Under the pieces are notes generated by a model that made no database searches, had not been told where the DNA came from, and saw only the letters and a list, made by a program, of their open reading frames with translations. A stretch of 64,000 nucleotides of DNA, taken from assembly GCA_044892525.1 (NCBI GenBank), contig CM097888.1, positions 61,008,001 to 61,072,000 on the forward strand, written 5' to 3'. A program made the translations under genes and the position numbers. The stretch is from Schmidtea polychroa (Eukaryota). Numbering within the stretch: the stretch's first letter is position 1; every line of letters begins with the position of its first letter. Of the stretch, positions 12,731 to 25,440 are shown piece after piece.

Positions 12731-13668
12731 TTTATTGCTATTTTACCCGTACTCCTGTATATTTATTTTGCTAGGTGCTATACGTCTTGTATTTGTTCAT
12801 TTTAGATTAATATTTACTTTTCCCATTTCCCAATGTTTTTGTTTTTATTTTGTTCTATTTGATATTTTCATGATTTGGTTTTTAAATATTCTGAAAATCT
12901 AGACATATGTACGTATAATTTAATTTGACTTCAATTAAAAAATGAACTTTTTAAATGACTTTTTCCACTTACTATTTAATTTCGTTGATTTAAAAAAATT
13001 TCATTTTTTGTTAATCCAAAATTTTAAAATACAATTATTTTTAAAAGCAAAATTAAAACAAAATAATAGAAGTTAATATTTTATTAAACTACAAAATTTG
13101 TTTAACCTTGTATAAATGATCATTAAATTCCGTCAAATGCATTTGTAAAAATATTTTCCCTAATGATTATTTAAATGGGCCGATATCAATTTTCTAGTGC
13201 TTTTAACTAAATTTATTTGGGTATATTTTGTGACAATTCATTAATTTGCATAAAATATTTAAAAGCAATATAAAAAAAGAAAATAGATGCATGGCGTCGA
13301 TTTAAAAATTTTTTATTCAATTTACATTTTCTAATAAAAGGAAACGTAGGAATTTCCTTACTTGATGTCTCAATCAAAATATAAATCATCAAAATTGTCC
13401 TAGCTAAATAATTTAATGGTACTATTTAAATTAATTAAAACCTAATTTTTTTATTTCACTTTAAAGTTATACTGATATTATTTGATTTTAATTTTGACAA
13501 ATTATATCAACAATTTTTTTTAAGTAACATAAATTTTTGTTCTTTTGTCAGAATGAAAATAAATGAAATACCATAAAAAACAGATCAAACATAACTTAAA
13601 AATATTTAATTTTCGTTAAAAAATAGTTAAGGTTTTTTTATATTTGAATGTTCTGATTTGCTAGAATA

Positions 13669-13932
13669 TTGAGTCTTGTCCGATACCAAACAACATTTAT
13701 TTAACCAATAAAGATAACATGTAAGTTGAAAAATATAAACAACAAATCATTCTTCAGTGTTTCTAAAATGTTAAAAATAGTCTCCGTTATGGTCTACATA
13801 TCTTTGCCAACGTCCAGGAAGTTGTCTTTTGGCGTTTGCATTATATAATACAGGTTTCGAAATAAACCATTTTTCCAAATCACCGTTAACTTCTTCAGCA
13901 GACTGATGTGTTTTCCCACGAAGTGAGTTTAA
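13669..13932 (-). mobile_element. mariner transposase C-terminal relic plus terminal inverted repeat
   Basis: Minus strand 13932-13771 is an open 54-codon frame, LNSLRGKTHQSAEEVNGDLEKWFISKPVLYNANAKRQLPGRWQRYVDHNGDYF*, matching the mariner C-terminal consensus (LPxRWxxxxxxNGxYF). It is followed by a mariner-like end, TA-ttgagtcttgtccgata on +. Confidence 0.8.
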
Positions 13933-16900
13933 TTAGTTAATTAAGTCTAATAATGTATATTAAAACAATTCATTTAAAATAATATAAGTTTATTAACATA
14001 AGTCATAAGTAATTTATTTTATTCTTTTCACCAATAATTGATTTTAATTTTTAATTTTCTTTTTCTTCACTTCTTTTTATTATATATCAAAAATTCTTTT
14101 AATTTATTTAACAAAAATTTTCGGCATAAACCTTTTCGATCGAAATATTTATCTTAAGTTTGAGAAGAAATAAAAATGTTAAAGATGAATTTCTTTTCAT
14201 TTAATTTCATTATAATTATAAAACTAATTTCATCTATAATCGTAATAAAAATAAATGAAATTACAAAAGAAAACTAAAACATATCAAAATAAATACTACA
14301 TCAACACTTGAAAATAGTACTCTTTGAAACTGCAATTTCCGATCATTCGATTAGTATTCGGAATCAATTGTTTTCTTTATTTTTACTTTGCTGTGACATA
14401 TTTTATTGTTCATACCACTGTAACTTTCATTTAAATATGTCAACATTCACCCACCGAATAATATTTCTCGTCACTCAATATATCTGTTATCTAAAACAAT
14501 TAAGTGATAAAAAATTTTCGATTATAAGATAGTCCTTGTCAATCTCCTCAGATATATGTTATCTGCAGTGAGTTTTCTCTCGTGTGTGATGTTTTCTAAT
14601 TTTTCCTTTTTTTCATTAACCATACTTTACTAATAATGTTGTTGTTAGATCACATTTTCTGGCATTTCGATCAAACTTATTCTTAAATTCATCTTCCTAA
14701 CAATCTGATATTTAATTTCTGATTGCTAAAAAGATAAAATTTTTTCCCATTTTTTGTTTTTGTTTTCTTTGAAACTTTGTATTAATTAATAGTTAATTAA
14801 ACATACATGGTAACGATTTAATTATAAGAAAGCGCCACTTGAACATTTATTGAACAACATATTTTGATAGATTTCCTGTCATCGTCATTGCCAGAAAATT
14901 ATTTTATTATAAACAGATCTTATAATAGCCAATTTCCTTAAAATGGAACATACAATACAGTACAAGCGTTATTGCCACACACTTATTTTTCAATATCCGA
15001 TATTTTATAATATCCGACTTTACTATATTCGTAAGATACTGTATATTTAAAATTTGTTTTAATGAAATGATTTTTAAGTAATTATAAATTAAATTAATTT
15101 ATATCTTTTCAGCACTTTTACCATTTGTGTGTAAAATTTGATGCACATAATAGCTTTTCAACTGTAATGTTTTATGTTGGTATTGTTTTCGTGTTTTTTT
15201 ATTCTATTTAACTGAACTGAAAAACAATCAACAACTACATTTTATGTAATCACAATGGTATCAACGATGTCAATGTTACTTACGATTTAGATGGGTCGGT
15301 AAATTCATTATGAATAATAATAAGTTTATTGTTTATTGTTATCATATTATATACAACTTTGTTCTTTCAAACAAAAACCCCTTTAAATTAACCAGTGAAG
15401 AAGTTTAAGTATTTGCTGTGATACTTTAGGTGAACATACCAAATTGTTATATTAGATAAAGATAGACATTTTGATAAGCTCAAATAATATGCACGATGCT
15501 AGTTGTCACATATACAAAATAGCCTCACCTTTAATACGTTCCCTATAGTTTTAATACTTAAATAGGAAATGTCATAACGAGAGTCTAACTGTTGAAATAT
15601 ATGGCATTAATGTATTTAAAAAATGCTGTTTTGTTATTTGTATGAAACAATTGTCATTGTTATTTAATAATTTATAAATAAGGAGATATCAACCCTCTTC
15701 ATCCCCCACCCCACTTAGATTAATTACATAATTATGCAATTAATCCGGATTAATCTTTGATTTCGCAATTACGGAATTTGAAGCATGTCAATCTGAAGCC
15801 CTATATTGAGGGTAATGTCAATTAAAGCAATATCAAGTCTATATAGTGAGCCTCTATAGTAGGGGTTAGAGAAGAGTGCAAACTTTTATATAACAAAAAT
15901 TTTACCTATTTTTGTTAATATCAAAACTTTCGAAAACATTCTAAATTTCTGCAATTTTAGTTGCTATATCAGCAAAAAGCGAAATAAAATTTCATAATGT
16001 ATGTAAATTCTGTAATTTCTGTACCACAAATCCGGGCAAATCACAGGATTGGAAGCCCTACTCAATAGGTTTCCGATCAGTTTAACCATTTAATGTCCTA
16101 CTATATAAATAGATCTATTTATTTATTTAAATTAAAAAAATTTCTATTTCTTTTGTTAATTTTCGTTTTAATAATGTTTACAAAAAACAAATAAAAATTT
16201 GTTTGTTCAAACAAACTTATTCCAATTAATTAGTTTATACTCTAGTCAGTAATTCATCAAATTGGGAATGAATTATATTTCCTAATCTGTCATAATCTTC
16301 CAAATTTATATCGGATAGTTATTTGCATTCAGAATGAACTGGAGCCCCTTACTATAAAACATTCATTAATTGGATTATGCAAATAATAGTTCACAATGAC
16401 GGAGGGTAAAGTAAAAGGCCAAATTGTTCTATTTTACTGTTTAATTTTGACTGAAACTTTTTATGTTGTGACTTGTTTGGCAATTTTACTGTCAAAATAA
16501 ATGAATTATTAAATTATTATTGGCGAGGCAGATATATAACTATTTTAAATTAAACCTCAAATTTTAGTTGTTTTATTTTATATTTTGTATTTTCCAAAAA
16601 AGTTTCATAAAATTTCATTGAAAATTTAATTTAATTCTTTTTAATTCTTTTTTAACTGTTATATTATATTAGACATGGAAAATTATTTTAATTATTTTTT
16701 GAACACAAATCTATGGACAATTATGTATTTGGATTGATAACTTAATTCCGTCATTTTTGACGGGCTATAGCCAGTTCTATTATATTTTACTGATTTATTG
16801 TCTGTAATTTACAATAATTTATTATTATTATCATTATCATTATTAATATTCTTACCTGGAGTATAGAAACAAAAGATAAAAATTTATATAAAAAATAAAT

Positions 16901-18839
16901 ATTGATTTAAAAATTTTTAAAAATAAATTAATTGAGAACTGCATAAAATAAACAACTTACACAAAAGGTTGACATTCCAATTAAGGACTGTCTTTAACAA
17001 AAAATTATTGAAAAGCAGTAGAATCGTGTATAGAAAAAATTAATCAGCTGTGAGTGACACGAAGTAGAGAAAATTCAAAGTAATAAAATTATTTAAATAA
17101 AAAAGTTAATAAATGAAATTTTGGTATAACGGAAATTGAATAAAAATATGTTTTATCAGTAATGACTCATGAGAAAAGTACCTTCTTTCTCCTCCTAAAC
17201 TTTGTAAAATTAAATTTTATTTAAATGAAGTGACTTTTATTTTTATTGGTTTTATAGTGATTTTTATTTGATTTTTTCTATTTGTTTAAATGATGTGTTT
17301 TCATTTTTGGTTTTAATTAAAAGTTAAAAAATAGCAATTTAAAAATTTTAATATATTCATTCAAAAAAAAACAGTTTAAAAACATTTTTCGCTATAAAAT
17401 CCTAAAAATAAATTCTTAATTAAAAAAGTCTATTAATAATACAATAAAAAGCCTAAAAATTAGAATCATAATAAAATAATCTATATTATTTTTCATACAA
17501 TGAATTTACAACAAATTAGTTTAAATCAAATGAAATATTGGTGATAACAATTCAAAAGATAGACTCAAATTTGCAGACTTCTTCTGGAAAATCTTCTCTG
17601 AAATAATGAGTCAAATCTACCCTGTAACCACACCACGTTCTCTATAATACTCAAATGTTACACATTTATTTTTTCCGCCTAAATCATTATTTTGACAACA
17701 TTTTAATTAAAGTGAGGTTAATAACAGGTGCAGGAGTGTGATTTGAAAATATGTGATCACATTGACTTTCCAGTACTTTATGGCAGCCTCCGATCCTACA
17801 AATCTTCGTGGCTGATCCTAAATCCGTTTTCGAAAAGAAATCAATTAATTTGCATGGATCTTTTAAAGTGTATTGTTCAAAAGTGATATGGAATGTGATA
17901 AAGTATTGTTGAAATTCTTAATTTGATCAAAACTTTGAAAAAATCAGGAATCAATTACGAAAGTTTTTTTCAGTTATTTGCATTGAAATACTGTTGAAGA
18001 AGTAACTAAATCTATTCTTGTCGTCATGAATATTCGGGAAAAAATAATTTCAGGTGCGTAACATATAATTTCATATAGAACTTTCAGCTAGAGCTCTTTC
18101 ATTTTTTTTCAACCAGGATTCCCATATTTCTAACAAGGCTTAAATTGATATTCAGTAAATTGATAAATATGACTCATAATTTATCTGCGTATGGTAGATT
18201 CAATTTGGAAATGGTGTATAGCCCCAACATATTCGTTAATATTACATAAAATTAACAAGCGCAAAATAAACAAAAATAGAGATTTCGATATTTTAACAAA
18301 ATAACTATTGTACAAATTACAGTTTTGTAATGTTGCCGAAATAATTATAATTCTGGTTCATCATGGACTCTGATGACTCTGGGACACAATTAAATATATC
18401 CCGATATAAGCCATTGAAATTAAATGAAATCCCCTACTATCTACATTTTAATTTACTTGTATGAAGAAAATACGGGAAATATTAAATGCAGAATCCTTCA
18501 GTAAATTAACACTCTTAAAAACGAGAAAATGATTTAATTAAAGAAAAGTATGTTGATAAATTGACTAATTGAATTTTGTAAATAATTTGCTTGATAATTG
18601 AAGTGGTAATGATAATTAAAAGCGTAGACACGTTTGATGTGGTGCGAACGTCGTACGTTGTCCATCAAAATAGCGGTCTTTGAGCGCAACAAGTAAATTT
18701 GTTTGCACTGAATTATGTAAATATTCATCAGCTTTTACATTTAAGAGTAATTAAAAAGCTATTTTTAGTGAAAAAGAAATATTTTAAAAGTCTAGTTTTA
18801 CTTAGATTATATTGAGAGTTTTCACTTAAACATACAGAC

Positions 18840-18841
<2 letters not shown>

Positions 18842-18898
<57 letters not shown>
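18842..18898. repeat. (TA)~28 microsatellite
   Basis: Direct reading. Shorter (TA)n runs occur at ~24610 and ~53060. Confidence 0.95.
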
Positions 18899-18901
<3 letters not shown>

Positions 18902-19908
18902 ATATCTAAAATGGATTTCCACGCTTTTTTATAGATGAATATAAATAAACACGAATATAAAAATTACCAATACTACATTGCATTTTGTCACAAAGTTTTG
19001 ATCTCTTCGTATCGCTTTACTTGATTTTTATGTATTTCAAAGTGAATAATATTTAATAATCTCTACATAAAGATATTTTCTCACTAAGAAACTTATTTAT
19101 TCTATTACTAACCTTTTCTTCAGTCATTTTCAATGACATCAATCATATTTTGGTCTGCTTCCATTTTGGTTGATCCTCTTGAAAACATTGTTTTTCAAAA
19201 TATATTAGTTCATTAATTAAATTTTGCTGTTCACTTTCTAGGGACAATGTCAATTATTTGTCACTCACTTAATTTTTTATTAGTGCCTCGTAAATTTCAC
19301 AATTATACGTCTTTGTTTTTATTCATCACATTTTATGAATGATCATTTATCCAGTTTATCACTAGAGAGTTTTGAAGTGTCTCGAAATATTAATTTATTT
19401 TCAATTTGGGTTAAATAAAACTAATATTCTAAAATGAAAATTAATTACCATTTTAATATTAGAGATTCTTCATTATTTATTAACTTTTAATGTTAATGTA
19501 AGTCTGTTACAAATTTTAAATTTCAATTGAATTTTTGCACTCGAATTTTTCATTTACATTAAAACAAATAAATGAGTTTTATATGGTAACTGTAAGATAT
19601 TATATTAATTTCAACCAACTTGGTATTAATATAATTATTATATTATTTATTAGTATTATATTTATTAGTATTATAAAACCTTATTGGTGTAATTATATTA
19701 TTTAGATTAATTATTTGTCAATATTATAACTTTGTTATAACTGATTATATATGTTTTACATAAGTTGTAAGTATGAATAATATTTTTTATTTTATATTGA
19801 GATTTCTGTTTTCATAATAAAATATTAATTTTTAAGTAATTTGAAATTAAATTAAAACTTATTTATTTAATACCATATTAAGTAAAATCAACTGTGCTTT
19901 GGCATATT

Positions 19909-20750
19909 ATGTCGAACAAACGTTAATGCAATTCTAATGATAAAAAATCATATCATTACATCGGAGAGCAAAGTTTAAATTAAAAAAAAACAATATGGAA
20001 GAGGTGAAAAGATGGCATAGATCTCATGTGTTCTTAAAATGTGTCATTCTACGATTAGAGCAATTATATTTGATAAAGTTCTAATCATAAATCATGTAAA
20101 AAATCAGTACCAACAGAGTCTACTATAATTACCAAGAAAAGAAGAATATTACTAGAAGTAATGCAAAAATTATTAGTTGTGTAGATAGAAGATACGCGGC
20201 AACAACAAATTCCAATAAACCTTATTCTCAAACAAGAGATATCCTTCAGTGTTTTTGAAGATTTGATGATAGTGTTGATGATAGTGTTGAAAATCATACA
20301 TTCACTGCAAGCTAAGGATAGTTTAAAAAATACAAAGGATGTAATAAACTGTACAACAACAAGGTAACAGATGCCCGTGTATAGACAGGGGAAACTACGA
20401 ATCTAAACATTCAAAAAAAAGGAAAGATTATCTGCCACAACAAATTTGTAATGTGGAAAAAACTGGGTTATTTAAAAAAATGCCAGATCGGCCATAATTA
20501 CCCAAACTATAACACTATGATAGGATTTAAGATGTCTCTTACACTTTTACCTGGTGGAAATGCTGCTGGAGATTGCAAAATCAAACAATGTCAAATTTAT
20601 TACGTTGAAAACCCAAGAGTCTTAAATAATATTTCAAATTATCACTGCCTGTGATTTGGAAGTGGCCAAGAAATTTTTTATGTTTGGTTTCATAATCGTT
20701 TTATAAAAGAGGTAGAACAATATTGACAACAAAATAACCTATTATTCAAT
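19909..20750 (+). pseudogene. Tigger/TIGD1-like (pogo family) transposase pseudogene, N-terminal half
   Basis: Fragments in order: MSNKR, GEKMA*IS..KMCHSTIRAII (HTH), MQKLLVV*IED..QQIPI (CENP-B HTH), FTAS*G*FKK, YLPQQICNVEKTGLF.KMP, LTLLPGGNAAGD, ENPR, LPVIWK, WFHNRFIKEV. Multiple stops and frameshifts. Confidence 0.85.
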
Positions 20751-23700
20751 ATCTACGAATGGAATAAACTCATTTAACAATTAATCAAGAATAGTATACA
20801 AAATGAAGAAGTTGATAATGTTATTATTGAGCTAGACTTAAGACCCTGTTATGATGCTATTTCATGATATTGCAGTTGAACTATTTAAATATATTACAAA
20901 AAATATTTTTAAAATGGTATTCTCTTATTTATATATACAAAATCATTTGGAAATTATTTCCTTATTTTTGAACAATTATAATTATAAAAGATTAAAACCA
21001 ATTAAAACGGACATGTTTAATTGGTGCATTTTATAATAATTTATTAATAAGATAAGATAAAGATAAAGATAAAACATTGCAAGAAAGTCAAACTTATGCG
21101 ACAAAAGTATGTTTTCGTTAAACTTTGCTAAAAAAACATCTTAAAAACAACAACAAAATCTTTTTAAAACAGCTTTTAGTAAGTAAAAACCAAGCTTGGT
21201 TAAATCAGTATCCAATAGAATAAGGATTGTGTAAATTTATTTTGGATTAATTTCATTGGTTAATTACCTAATTGATGTCTTAATGAATTAATATTAAATT
21301 TCGTAAGAAGATATTATATTTAAAATAAAAAATAAAATATGCCTAATTAAAAATATAAAAAATTGAATATTTTACTGATTCAATAAATATATTTCAATAA
21401 ATATTCAAAGTATTTCAAAGTATTTCAGTAAATGCAATATTTTAAATTTATATTTCAATTTTTATCTGTTAAACGGTAATAATTAATTAATTAAAAGTTA
21501 TTTAAGTAACCATAAATTAAAAATGAAAATAAAATTTTTTGGCAGATATTGTTTAAAATTTAATAAATAGTTTGAGAATGGTTTGTAATTTTAAACAATT
21601 AATAAATTGAACGAACTCGATTGTCAACAGTCATTCATCTTATTGAGAATTTTTGAACAAAACTTTAATAATTAATTAAATCGTAAATTTCAATCGAAAG
21701 CATTTTGAACTATAATTTTTCAATTATAATTTCCATTTCAACCGATTAAAACAAAAATGGAAATTTAATGACTATCTCGTAATTGAAAATCCGTATTAGT
21801 GATTGAAAAATTTTGTTTTAATTTTAACTTTGTTGAATAATCGATTAGAAGCATCAATAAAAATGTCCATAAATTCTAAAAAAAAACTTTATTTTTCAAA
21901 AGTTTTTTTGTTTGTTACAAGTGTGGAATTTCCAATCATTTTATACGAAAACAAGCATTCTTACGTGAGCTGAGATGATTGTGGATTAAATTGCTTAATC
22001 TACTTATAAATAATTACGACATTCTAAAAAGTCTGGAATTAAAGTAAGCATTATTGTGAATATCATGGAAATAAATAAAATTCTGCAAAAAACGTTTCAT
22101 TGAAAATAAATCAATTGTTTCATTTTATTTAACTTTATATATAAATAGCCTTTTTGCAATAGAATATTTGCAACAAAATCTTTTTTTATGACTATCCTAA
22201 GATAAAGATTTTTTACCATCATTAAAAATATTTGTTCTCAAAAATTTACGAGACATTCATGACCGATTCCAATAGAAATTTAGACAAAATATACGTAGTA
22301 AATAAAAATTAAGCATTGTGGAGTGATGTTTGAATAAACTTTACACATTTTTTACAATGTTCTTTTCAGAATAATTAAAACACAAAAGAGATAAACTAAC
22401 TAATTTTCTTGAAAAATCTTTCTTTCATAATATTAAAGCTAAACCAAAGAAATAAAATTTAACGATATTTTGAGATTAATAAAATTAATGTCAAATATAT
22501 GGGATATTCCAACAAAAATGGGGAATTATTTTCATAACAATCAAGAAGAAATTGTACAGCAATATCTCTAATAATCCTTCTGAGTTGGAACGCGTGAAAG
22601 AGAATTTTGTAATGAATCAACGTACAGTATAATCTTTATGTCACAGTTATCGGTGACCATGAAAGAATGAAAGTATTTACAACAGAATTTATTATAAATA
22701 TTTTCAATGACAAAACCCAACAAATAACATGCACAAGATAAATACAAAATCAACCGACAGTAAATAATTACAGATTTGTTTTAATTTATTTGGGATAATT
22801 AATAAAATGAGAAATATTGAACTTAAGTTTACATTTCCGTTAAATTAAAAACGTTCAATTACGAAATAAAATTGTTCTTGAATTATGAAAATCAATTATT
22901 CATATATTAATTAATAAAAATAAAAATAATAACAAAAATAAATTTTTTAAATTTTATTAATATTTGTTTTTTATTTGAATTTTATCTAATATTTTTAATT
23001 TGTTTAGCAATATATTTACTTTACTCATCATAAAAAGTCGGATCAACAATATAATTAGTTCAAAAATATATGTAAATTGTATGAATGCAAATGATACGAA
23101 TATATAAATTTAAAAAGATTGAATAATTAAACTTTTTGATTTTAAATTAAAAAAAAATTTAATTTGTTTAAATTCTTTTATTTTTTGAAACATATGAAGA
23201 AAAGAACAAGAAGAGAAAAAGAAATATTCAATTTATTTAAAATTATGTTTTTATATATAATTCCGCGACCGACGAGTACTTATAGAATTTTTAAAATAAT
23301 AGCAACAATAACAACAACAATAATAATTATTATAGAATTATAAGTAAATAATATGTAATAATAGTTCACTATATCATACTTTTATTTGATCTCTTGAATT
23401 TTTTGAAAAGTTTAAATAAATGTTAATATGAAAATATTCGTTGTACCCAACAGTGGTGCCCTATCTAGGATCCATCATATATTTCAGGGCTGCCCGATCA
23501 ATTACATGATATACTTAAATTTTTATTATTTAATTATTTAATTATTTCAAATAATAAAACAAAATAATATAATAAATTTTTCAAATTAAACAAAAGGCAT
23601 TAGAACTAAAATTAATCTTTTTTTTATTATGAATATTTATTGAATGCAAAATGAAAAATGCAATTTTTCTCGAATGAATTCAAAATAAAATAAATAAAAG

Positions 23701-25167
23701 AATTATAGGTCGTAATTGTCATTTGTGTATCAAATTATTAACTGTTTGTACTATCGAATTATTTCACCATATTTTTGATAAATTATGTACTTAATTAATT
23801 CAGTTTCAACCACAAATAGCAAAAATTAATTACAATTGTCATTTCTTTGAACAAAATTTTTTTATTAATTATTTTATATTGTTTTTTTGGTAATACATTT
23901 TAAAATTTTCGTGGCCCTGATTATTTTGGTAATTTGTAAAATGCTACTATGTTAAAAACTGTGAAACGCATTTATTTAGATTTCTACGCTACCTTCATAT
24001 ATTCAAATGGTTTATTGTAAAATCTGTTATGTAATATAGAATTATCAAACAGTAGATAAATACTTATAAATATTGTTCAAATTCAAGTGACTTATAAAAG
24101 ATATAAAAATAAGATTCTCTAGATAAGTAGGAATTAGATACCTTTTGCTTACAAATATTAAATATTGTTCAAAAAACAATTGCAAAGTAAAAATTATAAA
24201 CGATATATTTTATCCCTTAAAATAAAACAAAAATATTTTATTCAGCTACCCACCAAATTTGATCCTTTTTCAAGGATTTAACAAATTTTAAACATAATAT
24301 ATTTTTTAAACATATAATATTTTTTAAATTAATTACTGCAATGAAAATCTAAGGGATAATTTAAAAGAAAAATATAAGACTTTTAGAAAATGAATTTCCA
24401 ATTTTAATTAGATAAAGAAAAAAAGATTTTCCTGAGACAAGTTCAAAATTTTCACTTCAATGACAGTTTAAAAATTGATTTTGTCATAAAAATTTTATGA
24501 AGCGTCCCAAAATTTTAATTAATCAAAACTTAATTATTAAATATTAATTACAAGAACGAATTGAATTAAAATTACCTTCCGATAAAGATATGTATATCAC
24601 TTGGAGGCTTATATATATATATATATATATAATTTCCTATTTTGTTTGTCTTTATTGTTCTATTCTCAAATAATATTTCTATTTTTTTCTGTATTTTTAT
24701 CAGACAAGTTTAAAAATTAGATATTTTAAATTATTAATCAGATTATTTATAAATTTAATCAGATTAATTATAAATCTGATTTGTAATGGAAAATTAATTA
24801 TTTTTTTGTTTTAATTTTCGAAAATTTATTTAAAACATAAAACATAAAATGTAGATTAAACAGTAATTTTTTTAAAATAAGATTGAAATCTTACATTTAT
24901 GATTACCAAAACTATTTATAACCGACTATAAAGATTTTTCAACCTAAATGATGGCGTAATAGGATTATTCTTTTACTTTTAAAAAATTTAACAAAGCAAA
25001 ACATTAAAAACAGTTTTTAAAGTTAATAAGGTATATATTCAATCTTTTAGCTCTTTTAGTTTTAAGACAGTTTCTAGTAATGCCTGAACTTGAAGAGTAT
25101 AAAAAGTCAATCCTCATATGTTTAATTGTTGAATAAAGTTACATATGGAAAACAAAATGGTGAAGTC

Positions 25168-25440
25168 AAGAAGAAATTTGAGATCATTGAATATGCAAAA
25201 TTCTTTTGAAACCGAAAAGCTACAATAGTATGTGGTGCTGACGAATGTTGTGTAGAAAAAAGAAAGGCTTTTTAAAAGCGGTGAAACTATTAAAATGAGC
25301 AATGAGATTGAAAACTGGAATCAAAATTGGAAATGTGGAGAAAATAAAAAAACGTAAGTAAAAGAGTCTCAACAATAAGTATGCAATTGACAGTAAAACA
25401 CGTATATGACGGATTTAGTCGTCACATTGCCTCTAGAAAA
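25168..25440 (+). pseudogene. pogo (POGK-like) transposase N-terminal relic
   Basis: KKKFEIIEYAKFF*NRKA..CGADECCV..RK resembles the Brinker-type DNA-binding domain, and the later GFSRHIASR resembles FxxRHxLSxR. Degenerate. Confidence 0.4.

Noticed and set aside
18728-18922. ORF with a YIYIYI run
   Set aside because: Translation of the (TA)n microsatellite.
23485-23919. Possible hAT MITE (cagggc...gccctg)
   Set aside because: Only a 6-bp TIR match and a 5/8 flank match.
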